From the NCBI GenBank assembly GCA_964035545.1, contig OZ037773.1:8895751-8959750 (forward strand): a stretch of 64,000 nucleotides of DNA, read 5' to 3'. The stretch comes from Bugula neritina. Taxonomy: Eukaryota; Animalia; Bryozoa. Below the pieces are notes generated by a model that was not told the DNA's origin, did no database searches, and saw only the letters and a program-made list of their open reading frames with translations. The position numbers were made by a program, and so were the translations under genes. This document shows positions 40,401 through 57,500 of this stretch, one piece after another; the first letter of the stretch is position 1; each line of letters starts with the position of its first letter.

Positions 40401-40922
40401 ATTTCACTCTGTACTCTCTATTTCACTCTGTACTCTCTATTTCACTCTGTACTCTCTATTTCACTCTGTACTCTCTATTTCACTCTGTACTCTCTATTCC
40501 ACTATGTACTCTGTATTTCACTATGTACTCTCTATTTCACTATGTACTCTCTATTTCACTCTGTACTCTCTATTTCACTCTGTACTCTCTATTTCACTAT
40601 GTACTCTCTATTTCACTATGTACTCTCTATTTCACTCTGTAATCTCTATTTCACTCTGTACTCTCTATTTCACTATGTACTCTCTATTTTACTCTGTACT
40701 CTCTATTTCACTATGTACTCTCTATTTCACTCTGTACTCTCTGTTTCACCCTATAAACTCCTAATACATTACTGTTGGTCTCAGGAATATAGTATTGGTT
40801 ACCCGCTTTCTAAAAATAGACTGAATGTTGAGAAAGGGCAGAAAACTCCGACAATAACTTGTGGTACTTTATAATATATTCTAGTTTTGTATTAATTTTC
40901 AGGTGGAAATACACACAAGTAG
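37472..40922 (+). CDS. Putative catalytically intact HEPN-domain ribonuclease (~323 aa); single-module paralog of the array genes
   Basis: Exons 37472-38164, 38306-38379, 39250-39300, 40139-40272, 40903-40922 (972 nt); in-frame TGA just upstream of the ATG. Motifs CVLAGCNTEAVLRQSIA (ExxxR), YTFADLIKM and RLHNVKKTRNNIVH (RNxxxH). Intron phases 0,2,2 match each array module. Confidence 0.75.
38470..39215. repeat. ~36-bp intronic minisatellite (agtagttagactgagagtaatactatagtatctact)n
   Basis: About 20 variant tandem units. Confidence 0.95.
40342..40745. repeat. 19-bp intronic minisatellite (ctatttcactctgtactct)n
   Basis: About 21 tandem units. Confidence 0.95.
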
Positions 40923-42083
40923 TTTAAAGAGAAGTGATTTAGACAGCCAGCTGTTATATAACATTTCCAGCCTACAAGGATAATGCACTGGTAACTACGA
41001 ACTGGTAACTATGCAGTGATAACTACGCACTGGTAACTATGCACGTAGGGAGATAGTTTGCATCCATTAGATTATTTTATAGTTTTACAATGTATTCCAC
41101 ACTTTGCATTTATACTGCAGTTTTGTAACACCTTTTTATTAGATTTTTTATTATTTCCTAATTTTTTATATGCACTTGTATTGTGAATTTATCACTTGCA
41201 AGAACTTTGTATAAATTTCTGTAGATTAAACATCTTCAGTTTTGTAGATGTTACACTTTCAAGTTCTATAGTTTTTACCCTCTTTACTAAAACCAACTAA
41301 AATTGAATATTTTTAACATATATTTATTCTTAGTATCAACTTGGTACAACTTTTTACTCAGTAATCAAGCTGTATAGCCTTAAATCACACATTGAATAAT
41401 ATTATTATATATTTTGTAAAAATGATGCGTTCTACATCAAATGTTTTCACATCCTCTATTATGCCTTTTGCTTTGTTCAAGTAGGAAAATTTAAATCCTA
41501 GTTTTTTCCATTTTAGTTTGATTTTGTAAGCCGTTATATTAAATAAAATTAGTTAGTTGATCTCTTCTACCTTGATTCAAGTTTATTCATAGACTCAGGG
41601 CTGACTACACTCATAATGAGTTAAGGCAATTGGACAGAATGTATCATAGATGGTTGGCAATAAATAAATATACCCAAAAGGAGGATTTTACATTTCCCTA
41701 CCTTTTAGATGCATCGAAATCCTAAAACTTACAGAAAAAGTACTGCGTACTAAACCTGTTTTTGACAAGGTCATGGTATAGAAGGGAGGGAAGAAGGGCA
41801 AGTAGTGGAGAGGGGGGTAGTGGGAGAAGAGAGGGGGAAGGGGGTAGTAATGTTTGATAAACAGTAAAGGCTGTTGATTTTGCCAAGAACCTGCTAACTT
41901 TATTTCAACTATGCAGAGAATATAAGAAAACTTACATCTGAAATATAGTTTCTAAAAATAAAGAAGTTCGCACACTACATACATTAGAAAGTATCCTACC
42001 ACAAGTTAAGTAAACAATACATCATGCTGCAGGCTAAATAGACAATCTGGAATAAAATATTATGTCGTCACATAGACTAAGGT

Positions 42084-45000
42084 CTACATCCCAACAGGGG
42101 TGTCTCCTGCTTTAGCTTCAGTATCTTCCTCACTGATGTCTAGCTTAGAGCCTTCGCCATGAGTTGAATATTCAATACGGGGCACATCCATGCCAGCCTA
42201 GAATATAGTAACGTAGAGCAACAAATCCTACACTTCTTTGAATCTTGATTGAAATGAAATGCACACATAATAGTTGGCTGCTTTTAGGGGCTAAAGTATA
42301 TACAAACATAAGTTCCTATCAAACGCACCAGACAGTCTAAGTACAACCAATAGAATTGAATCTCATAGTATTAACTCGGATACTGTTAAAGAGAGAGAAA
42401 CTATGACAACTCACCCGCGCATTTTCACACAAATATTTGAAGTTTCCAGGATCAACGGTGAAAGGTTTGACTATTTCCCTAAACTCCTCGTATGATAGGA
42501 GAACGTTGGGTTTACCAGCTACTTTCAGCTCCTGTAATAATCAACACTGTGCACTACAATGAGCTATACATAGTACGGGCATAGCCATGTTTCCAGACTG
42601 CATTATATTAGGGCCAGGGGAGGGGGGTACGTGGAAGTCAGTGACAGCCTGACAGCTGTAGCAGTGGCCATTTTACGTTTAAGCTTTGAGAAGGCCGCAT
42701 TTGAAGCGTTACTTCATATACAACAAATACTTATCTATTCAAACAATGACACTCCCTGCATATCACAAAGTTACAAATGTTGAAGATAAGACATTCCCGC
42801 TGCCCACAGATGCTGCCTCTAGATGCTGCCAGTTACGTACCTTCTGATTGAAGAGTACTTTGACAAAGTGTTTGTTGCTGGAGTTATCTTTCCACAGTTC
42901 ATACGCAATAGAAGACGCATACGTCGGCCAGTTTCCGTCGAAACAGCCGAGAGAAAGGAGTAAAGGCATTATCATCGTGTCGTGACTAGAGTAAAGGCAG
43001 AGCTTGGGAACTCTTGTACTACCTGCAACATTACTCTACTACATACAACACTAACTACAACATTACTCTACTACATACAACACTAACTACAACATTACAT
43101 TACTACATTTTACGCAACAGGAAAACAGACTGTATTTCAATCATAGAGCTTCCTTGTAGTTTGAGTGTCACAGGTTATTATAATTTTTAAGCTTTTGGTA
43201 ACCACGGTGACAGTTCAGAGGTGAAGTCTTGCTGATACAAAGTAGAGCATCTACCATACTGTTGAGCTTATTATACTCTAACTAGAACAGACAGACAGCC
43301 TGTGCTGGTTGGTCACTGGCCAATCAGGAAGTAGCTGCTGCTAGAAAGTCAGCGATTAGAAAGTCAGTGACTGACCTTTGAGTGCCTCGTCCATCCTACT
43401 CAGCACGGTGTGGTTGAAAGGACCAACAGCAAGTTTCAGTCCCATCGGCCGGTCACTTGGTGTGCCTGTGATGCACTGTATGAAGTCAAGCTGAGCCTGG
43501 AGTAGACATCATTGCATAGTGAGATAGACCTCAATATATAGAGAGATACACATCATTGTATAGTGAGACAGACATCATTGTATAGTGAGACAGACATCAA
43601 TGTATAGAGAGATAGACATCAATGTATAGAGAGATAGACATCAATGTATAGAGAGATAGACATCATTGTATAGAGAGACAGACATCAATGTATAGTGAGA
43701 CAGACATCAATGTATAGTGAGATAGACATCATTGTATAGAGAGATAGACATCAATGTATAGTGAGATAGACATCAATGTATAGAGAGATAGACATCAATG
43801 TATAGTGAGATAGAAATCAATGTATAGCGAGATAGACATCATTGTATAGAGAGATAGACATCAATGTATAGTGAGATAGACATCAATGTATAGAGAGATA
43901 GACATCAATGTATAGTGAGATAGAAATCAATGTATAGCGAGATAGACATCATTGTATAATGAGATAGAGATCAATGTATAGAGAGATAGACATCATTGTA
44001 TAGTGAGAAAGACATCAATGTATAGAGAGGTAGACATCATTGCATAGTGAGATAGATATCAATGTATAGAGATGTATCATAGTGAACCAAGCAAAAGGTG
44101 TACCTGACGTAGAATTCCGTCGTAGAGATGCTCAAACTCGCGAGGGAGAGGCAGGCCATGAGCTTCTCGGGTGAAGATGTTGTCCTGTACATTTATTATA
44201 TTCCAGCCATGATCCTCGGGGAAGTCCACCCACTGATTCAGCTTAGCCATTAACTTCTGCAAAGCAACCAATAGAACGCTGTGTTATATATGTATGGATG
44301 TAGAGCCAATAGAACGCTGTGTTTCATATGTGTGACTGTACAACCGGTAGAATTCACTGTTTGTAAAACATTATCATAAACAGAGCGTATCTTCAGCTAC
44401 TCCTCCTAACCTTTTTAGACTGAGCTCTAAGACTTTCCAGGTGATTTGAAAATCATAGAGTTTTTATAACGTTCTGACTCTTGGAGAGAATATAACAAAA
44501 TTCACAAAATTTATCTTTACGACTTGACAAATTGCCAGATAATGAATTATGAATCCCGTCAGCATCACACATAGAAAACTAATATGCTACAAGTTCTGAT
44601 ATTGTAGGATGAAAATATTGATTGAGGATGCAAATGTTAATTTTACATGACATTTGCAAGTAGACGAACTGCATACAAAGAGATGTAGAGAACTACATAC
44701 AAAGAGACCTACAGTACTACATCCTCTAATGCCGCACTCCGAAACCTTTCCTGTGTGGTCAAAATAATGGAGCTAGTAGCAACTGCTTCAAATGATAGCA
44801 ACCATGAAATTATGCAAATTTGGCATTCATGTATTAAATTAGCTTAGATAAGTTGGTTAAACTATTTTTAGATAATTCAAATTAAAATAGCATGCTTGTT
44901 ATTATCAACACGGATCAACAGGCATTGTTTCCACTGCTCTATTTAAATATAATTTTGGTTATGTAACTCTAGAATTTCACATCGTAGCCTAGTTATACAG

Positions 45001-48000
45001 CTGGTAATGAATCATAAATTAGACAGCAGAAATTAGAAGACTGTCCGACTCTGCCTTGAAGTTTTTTTTTGTAAAAAAATCATTTCAATTGAACCTACGA
45101 AGCTGATTCTAAATATTAATACTACAGCTCTGTAACAAACTATTGATCAGTTGATCAAATATCTTAATTTTGCAATAAAATTCAACACTCTCTGCTACCT
45201 TTTATAACAAACTTAACTACATATTATCAAAAGATGAGTGTAAAACATAACAGACAGCCTAACGTGTGCTTAGAAATTACATAATGTGAGAGAAAGTAGC
45301 AGAGTTAGATCAACACAAAATTGTAAGAACTATTGGCAACAGAAATTAATAGAATAGTTACAAGGATTTCATTGTTTCCCAATTTATTGCTGATATTACC
45401 TGAAGCAAGCTTATTTCAATTATCTATCAACCAATGGCCAGCAGAGTACTAGCACCACTTGACAATCAACATAACACCATTGGGCATATTATTCTATTCA
45501 CAATATTCTCACACTGACATATCACAAGCTACTGTAAAAAAGAGAAAGCAACTCTACTCACAGCTCTCTCGGCGCTGGTGTCGTTGAGGTGAGTAACTCC
45601 GTGAGAGCAGATGTCCTTCAGACACTGACAACAACCAACGTTGGGGTAGATAGACTCCTCCGTGTAATACTCTATGTGAAACTTAGGCTAAAAAGTAAAC
45701 CCATCAAAGATAGGGGAGTGAATGATAAACATTAATTCCACTTGTGACCCAAACAGCATAGTAATGGTGGTACAGCAACATGGTGGAGAAAAATATGTTG
45801 ATACACGCATTAACTAATAACTGGAAATTTAAAAAATAATTTGGTTGACATTTTCTATGCTCTTATGTTACGAGGTTTACAATTTATTACCTGCAAACTA
45901 ATCATTAAACTACTAGCATCCTAACAGTTATCGCCACATTATGGTCACAGTTACAGTATGACCACAGTTACAGTATAGTCACAGTTACAGTATAGTCACA
46001 GTTACAGTACAGTCACAGTTACAGTGTAGTCACAGTTACAGTCTAGTTACAGTATAGTCACAGTTACAGTCACAGTTACAGTATAGTCACAGTTACAGTA
46101 CAGTCACAGTTACAGTATGGTCACAGTTACAGTGTAGTCACAGTTACAGTATAGTCACAGTTACAGTATAGTCACAGTTACAGTATAGTCACAGTTACAG
46201 TGTAATCACAGTTACAGTCTAGTGACAGTTACAGTATAGTCACAGCTACAGTATAGTCACAGTTACAGTGTAATCACAGTTACAGTCTAGTGACAGTGTA
46301 GTCACAGTTACAGTATAGTCACAGTTACAGTATAGTCACAGTTACAGTATAGACACAGTTACAGTATAGTCACAGTTACAGTGTAGTCACAGTTACAGTG
46401 TAGTCACAGTTACAGTGTAGTTACAGTTACAGTGTAGTCACAGTTACAGTATAGACACAGTTACAGTATAGTCACAGTTACAGTGTAGTCACAGTTACAG
46501 TATAGTCACAGTTACAGTATAGTCACAGTTATAGTGTAGTCACAGTTACAGTATAGTCACAGTTACAGTATAGTCACAGTTACAGTGTAGTCACAGTTAC
46601 AGTATAGTCACAGTTATAGTGTAGTCACAGTTACAGTATAGTCACAGTTACAGTATAGTCACAGTTACAGTGTAGTCACAGTCATAGTATGCTCACAGTG
46701 ACCTTCACCTTAGTATTCAGTCCCCTCAGATGCTCAGCGCTGAACATTCCGGCCACAACCCCCTGAAGAGACTCCAGAGTTCTCTTGATGAATGTAGACC
46801 TCAGGTAGACGTCGTCTGCGTTGAACTCGTTCTGCAGCAACTTGTGTTTGTGAATGTATCTACGCCGGAGGTCAAGGCCGAGATTGTAGCAGTGAGTCAT
46901 GCCTACAGATGTGAGTTGTCCCCCCAGCATACCACCCTTAAGGAGAGTGGACCCATATCTACAACACCAAGACGATGAGAATCTCTTAGGGCTGGGTGCC
47001 TTACCTAGAAACTCCATTTTTTCAATACCCAACAATTTTAGCTTTTCATTGGTTGGCTGCTTTATGTTGAAACTTAATTTTTCTCAATACCCCAAAACCT
47101 TTTCTGACTTGCTTATTGGTATAACAAACTAGAATGTATGAAGATCTCATTAAAACAGGAAGACATAAAGAGAGAACACAACTCTCACCTCTTGTTCACG
47201 GGTGACTTGTCGAAGCCCACAGCCGGGTTGTCCTCCAAATCTACGATGTCAAAGTCGAAGTCTGTGTGAGGGAGTATCGCCTGAAAAGATCTCCGGTCAT
47301 AAGACGCCTCTTTGATACCTGGTGTGAGCCGTATCGGAGTTCTAGCTCCGTGCCGGAACACCACCTGAGAAATACACAGCTCTTTGTTCTATCATAACTA
47401 TCAACTCTATTACCTACGAGCTACAGTATAGTTTAGATTTATCAACTTTGTTGAAAGATGCTGAAGAACATAGATACTCATTGCCTGGACATCCCCAACA
47501 AGAATTTGATGCAGGTGGTATGAATTAAAGTAAATAATTTAATTACTGGACAAAAGAAAGAGAAGCAGAGGTCATCTATTGGCAATCACATATCTCTCTT
47601 GGAAGTAGTGAAGTTGAAACTATATTTAGAGTCCATTTATGTAAATGTAAATCAAGTGCCTGGTGTTGTGTATGAGCATTCAAATCTAATCACAATATTC
47701 TATTGTGTTTAGAATAGAGGCCAGCATATAAAACTCTTGAAAGTAACTTTAGAAAAACTAATTTTAAGTATCAGCATACCAGGGCTGCAGGTAACAACAT
47801 AGATACTCACTATTTAAGCATAAAACTATAGAAAATATCTGATATCAAAGTTCTGAAGTTAATGACAAATGACTAACCTGAGATTGAATGAGGGTGTAGC
47901 CTTCTGTAGAACTTTCAAAAGGCATGGGAGCTGATCCACATGTTCCTACGTCCAACCCTAAAGCTAGGATAGAGCTGCTTAGCCCTTTCTTTGCTTTCTC

Positions 48001-48570
48001 GTATAAACCTTGCAACCGGTTGCTCAGGAGACTGCACACGACTTTGCAGTTGAATATTGCGTGATGACTTGTAGTTGTACCATTGTATTTGTTGCCATGA
48101 CTTTGACACAAATTGAAATATGAGCTATTACATGCAGTTTCAGTTACATAATCATAATTCTTTGACCTAAGGCTAATGGCATAATCATTGCAATCACTAC
48201 CAGTATCACTATGTGCTTCAAGTTGAAGCTCATTGGCATTACTCTTAGTCTTACTCTGACTATTGATGTGACTCAGAGTCAGACTGTGATTTGAATTAGA
48301 ATAGGCGTCGGGTACCGGTATATCAACGGGATACTTATGCTGGTGTTGAGCTTGAGCTTGAACTTGAAGTTTGACTTTATGTTCATGTTGATATTGATCC
48401 AGACTTAGATTGTCCAACAGCAACTGATACTCACTCTGACTCTCATGGTGAGTTAGTCTACTCAACTCTTCATCTTGGTATTGAGGTGAAAAATCATAAC
48501 ACCAAAAAGGTGAACTCCACCGGCACAATTTCGTTTTAGTGCATTCTTGTTTGCACGTTGATTTGCTCAT
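42084..48570 (-). CDS. ACP6: Histidine acid phosphatase, lysophosphatidic acid phosphatase type 6-like
   Basis: Exons (minus) 48570-47878, 47364-47189, 46958-46709, 45687-45562, 44256-44104, 43496-43376, 43022-42841, 42531-42415, 42197-42084. Motifs VVFRHGARTP, LKGGMLGGQLTSVG, RSTFIKRTLESL, LYSSHDT. 5' end uncertain. Confidence 0.85.
43503..44075. repeat. 22-bp minisatellite (tagacatcaatgtatagagaga)n filling almost a whole ACP6 intron
   Basis: Tandem units between the exons at 43496 and 44104. Confidence 0.95.
45940..46690. repeat. 17-bp minisatellite (gtcacagttacagtata)n
   Basis: About 40 tandem units next to an ACP6 splice donor. Confidence 0.95.
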
Positions 48571-49173
48571 AATTAGAAAATATCCCCTTAAACTTAAATT
48601 GAAGAGGGTCTAAATTAGTAAATAGCCATTACTGATTACATTTACTAACTAACCGTAGTCTAGAGTAGGCGTAGCCAAAGATCTGTGGAGAAACACGGTA
48701 GATCACGCATCAACTCACAAATCAATACCTGCTAGCAACAATTCCTAGTTTCCACGAGATGTGGGTACCCAACACTCTCGTATATAAAATGTTCGCAAAA
48801 CTTAATTCCAAGGCTACACTATTTTTTTAATATTCAAGGTGTGAATTGTCTCCTCTCGAACAGCTAGCGTTGTAACATGACACCCAGGTAACCTTGAGTT
48901 TAACCAAAATAATTTTCCTTTTTATTTTATTGACTGAAATTCGTGCCATCTTTAAAATTAATATACACAAACTGTTATATACCAAATGGAAAGTTTATGA
49001 ATTGCGTACAGATGAAACTGAGTGTTATTATTTTGTAATGGTGGCAATTTGAATTTTGTACTATTATCGAACATAAGACAGGTTGACTTCACTATCAAGC
49101 GCATATATTTTATTAATGTCGTTAACAATATATATAATACATATAACTTATTATAACTGTTCTAAATTGTCTT

Positions 49174-53156
<3,983 letters not shown>

Positions 53157-54486
53157 TTTTATTTTTTCTACTGTCCTACAATCGGCGAAAAAAATACGTG
53201 ATTTTTGAAAAACATGACAATGTTTTATCACCGAAAGAAAACGGCGTGTAAGAGACAACATTATATTTAATTTACAAAAGAGCACAACTCTAGTCTACTG
53301 TGATTTCACTCTGAACTTGTAATGGGAAATCTTATACATGAATAATGATATCTATAAATTATGGGTATAACAAAAAATTATGCAATTATCGACAATTGTG
53401 ATCATAATACATAACATTGAAAGTTTTCTCGAGCTTAATAAACTTTATTTCGAAACAAGTAACTTGTACATAATATGTATAAATATATATGCCAAAAAGC
53501 TAAATGACTTCATTGGTTCAGACTTCTAAACGTTCAAAAGGCGCCTGAAATGATATCGTGATCGATAATATTGATTATCAAGAATGAAGAACGGGGAATT
53601 TTTGTCACGTGAGAGTCACGCGGTACTATACAAACCGAAACTACACTAATAAAAGTGCAATGGCAACGCAAGCATTTGTAACTTCGAGGCTAATCAAGTA
53701 ATTGTAGTAATTGCATTGTGTAACTACCAAGCCAAACACCAATAGTAGATTAACCGTCTATTTTTAAACCAGTACGACAATTAAATTAGCTGTAAGCTAA
53801 AGCATACTACCAAGTTGAAGTTGCGCCTCAATCAATACTGGAAGTGCCTGCAACTGCACTGGTGACTGTAAGTGTAAGTATGCATTAGTGATTAGACTAG
53901 TCTTACTCCTGGAATTAGATTTACTTTTACTTTTTGTGATTAGTTTCAAATTTAATTATTACATATCTATATTATTAGTATTACAGTTTAAATTTCAAAG
54001 TAGTTTTTGATTATATTTACTTATTAGTCTTAGATTTTATTTTAATAATTAATTTACTTTATCAGTTTTAGTTTATGTTAATCAGTTAAACTCACGTTAA
54101 AACTTAATACAATGTTAGTGTGATTGATGATTACTGATTAGCCTCAGCTTTAGGCTTTACTCTTAGCCCTTAGCCTTAGGGTTTAGGCATTACTAACACA
54201 TCAACCTCAAGTTTAAATTGAGCAAATAATTCTTGACCATTTAATTTTAATGTAAGTGTAATCATAAAGACCACTAGTACTAATAAACTTCAACTTAATT
54301 TAAAATTAATTATAAAGATTAATAATTGACTTAAACTTTAAGTTAAAGTTAATCATAATGATTAAAACAACAAAACTTCCAACATCATTTTTTCTATTTC
54401 TTATTAAACTTTTTAATGAAAATGAAATAAAAAACTGTTTCAATTTTGATGATGTTCAATGAACTTTTAGCTGTTTCGTTCTCCAG
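53157..54486. promoter_or_regulatory. Probable bidirectional promoter region between PSMC6 and the DENND3-like gene
   Basis: Head-to-head start codons 1.4 kb apart; E-box GTCACGTGA at ~53604 followed by GTCACGCG. Confidence 0.45.
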
Positions 54487-54535
54487 CAATTTACAAGACC
54501 TCTACTATGCACCAGCCTATCTAATACCTATCAAC

Positions 54536-57500
54536 ATGTCTTCGGATCTCAAGCTAAACAACCTTGTTGATCTGCTTTTGGTCATCGGCTCTGACCCTAG
54601 CTCTGGGCTTGAGCTGTTGAAGAGTTCCAGAGCCTTTCAATCCAAGAGTAAATCGAGAGAAAATGAAGCCAAATATGATAGCAGTAGCCAATCTTACAAT
54701 GGTAGCATGACAAGCTCGAATGACATGAATGCAAACAGTGTTGACCTCCCAGGTGAAGATGACGATCTGATGATGAAACTTACCGATCCAGAGGCTAATT
54801 ATGACGCTAAGGTGAGTTCTGTCTGTCAGAGGTGAGTTCTGTCTGTCAGAGGTGAGTTCTGTCTGTCAGAGGTGAGTTCTGTCTGTCAGAGGTGAGTTCT
54901 GTCTGTCAGAGGTGAGTTCTGTCTGTCAGAGGTGAGTTCTGTCTGTCAGAGGTGAGTTCTGTCTGTCAGAGGTGAGTTATCTCCGTCAGCTCACTTTATT
55001 TAAAAGGATTTTTATTAGGAAAAATATTCTTACAGTTTTGTCTCTTCAATAAATAGTTTGTGTAATTGCTCTAATCATTACTTATTCACTCACTCTGACT
55101 ATACTACTCATATACTCCAACTATTATTATAGGTCTTGCAGATGTTCAGCGCTAAGTTAGCCTCATATCCACACAGGGGAGACGACGAACAGTTGGTTGG
55201 TTACCCACATCAATTGCTAACTTCCTGTGTCCCCTCGCAGTACCAAGGCTCAGATGAACTGGATGAGGAATATGACGAGTTTGACAGTGCTTCACCATCT
55301 CTTTACCTGAAGAAGTCAGTGTATACAAGTATCTCTTCTACGTGGTTTCCATCATGGCCTGCTGTTATCATCATTATCATCTTATTATCAAATTGATTGT
55401 GATGTCCCTAATGGGTGCCAGGCTGGAAGAGTGTGCAGCATTTAGTAGTTTTATGATCACCTTTCCTTTCCCGCCGTGGTCCTGAGTGGATGGCGGATTA
55501 ATGCCTCCCCCCTCTCCCTCCTGGTCTCATTAATTCACTCAGTCATTTAAACCCAACTGCCCATTCTCGGTGGGCTACACTCTACACCAACAACTCAACA
55601 TGTTGATATGATGCCTAGTTTGCTGTATAGTAATAGAGTGAAAGTTGATTACTACAGATATGAGTGACAAGACTATGTCTATTTTTCATCCATTCCTGTG
55701 CGTTATATTGTTGATCACATCACAACTAACCTAGTCAAGAGACTCTATATTATCCCCTCCATGTCCTCCCCTCCACATACTCTTCATATTATCTCCTTCA
55801 TACCCTCTCCATGCGTTCTTGTCTGTTCTTCCTTGTTGCTCTCCGTTTTTATATAATTTGAAACAAGGGACTTCATTGAGTTTCCAACTCTCTTCTGTCT
55901 TCCAAATGTACATCTGAAATTTCAAAGCATTGAATGATGAAAGTGTCTAAATATTCTCCAAGGCTCAATAAATAAAGCTTTTTGATCATAACAATTGTAC
56001 AATCTACACATTTTTTTAATTATTTTCATCTAGCTAAGTAATATTTGAATCATAATTTTATATTCCACATCTGATGTTTGTTGGTGTTAGTATAAGCAGG
56101 TAGTCACACCTCTATATAATCATGGTTATCTTTCTCAACAGGTCTCCAATTTACAGTTTAGTCTGTCAAGTGGTAATAAATATATTATAGTGCATAACCC
56201 CATCTGCCTGTGTGTCTGTCAGTTTATCTGTCTATTAGTACATTGTGGTAGGGTTAAACTAAAACAGAGTGTAACTTGCTAAGGATTGTGGGAAAGCTTT
56301 TTTGTATTACCACTTACCCTGAAATGATGTTAACAGATTGGTAATGAGTTTTTGTGGCTTATAAGGGATATTAGTGGTAGTTTAGAGCTGTATTAATATT
56401 CACTGTGTTGTCAAAAAGCAGTTAGTAATTGAAATGACTTGACGAAAGGTGTTCTATTTTTAGGATGGCTCATGGAATCCTGAAAAAAACCATCACTAAT
56501 TTTTCATTGTTTATTAGTATACCCTGCCAATGCACTACAAAACATGTTTCCTGCAGTGTCTCAATCATGTTGTATATCATCTTGTCTATTTTATCTCTCT
56601 TTTACATTAATTTATCTTAGTGACTCATTTTTATTAGAGTATCAAAGTTTTCGTGACTTTGATAAGATAATAATGACATATATTTCAGTTTATTATGATG
56701 TTAACACTAGTTGAGTTCAAGGTAAATGCAATGACTAACTACTAGCCACAGTTGGAGTTATTATATCTTGCTTCGGTTACACTAATTATCATTAGGTATT
56801 GGAAGAGGAAACTGTTTAGTTACCTCTTTAAGGCTAGAGCTATTGGTTGTTATACTTGATAAATGCAAGGAAAGTAGCCCTATTTAGTTGTAAACAATTT
56901 TTAATTTAATGACTCTAATTGTTTGAAAATCAGTGCAGCACTAGATCATCTACTGACTCACTACTGACTATGATTTACGGACTATGAGCTACTGACTATT
57001 AGTTACTGGCTGTGAGTTATTGACTGTAAGTCACTGACTATTAGTTACTGACTATTAGTTACTGACTATTAGTTACTGACTGTGAGTTACTGACTGAGAG
57101 TTATTAACTGATTCTAGTAAACTCAGACGACAATCTCATCAAGCTCTGAGGAGACGTGGTGGAATACAGACCCTCACTGAGGAGATAACTCCCCATGAGA
57201 AGCTGTACCGTAGCAGTTCTCTTAGTGTTGCAGGGCTGGGTGCAGGTCAGTAAGTCCAATCAGTGAAGGTTTTACATAACAAGTTGATTCTCTGGCTTTC
57301 CCATACCAGAGCTCTGATCTGCTGCAGATAGGCTCTGATCTGCTGCAGATAGGCTCTGATCTGCTGCAGATAGGCTCTGATCTGCTGCAGATAGGCTCTG
57401 ATCTGCTGCAGATAGGCTCTGGTCTGCTGCAGATAGGCTCTGATCTGCTGCAGATAGGCTCTGGTCTGCTGCAGATAGGCTCTGATCTGCTGCAGATAGG

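Noticed and set aside
40286-40874. Overlapping repetitive ORFs here and at 61550-61825 and 60134-60442
   Set aside because: Stop-free frames of intronic minisatellites.
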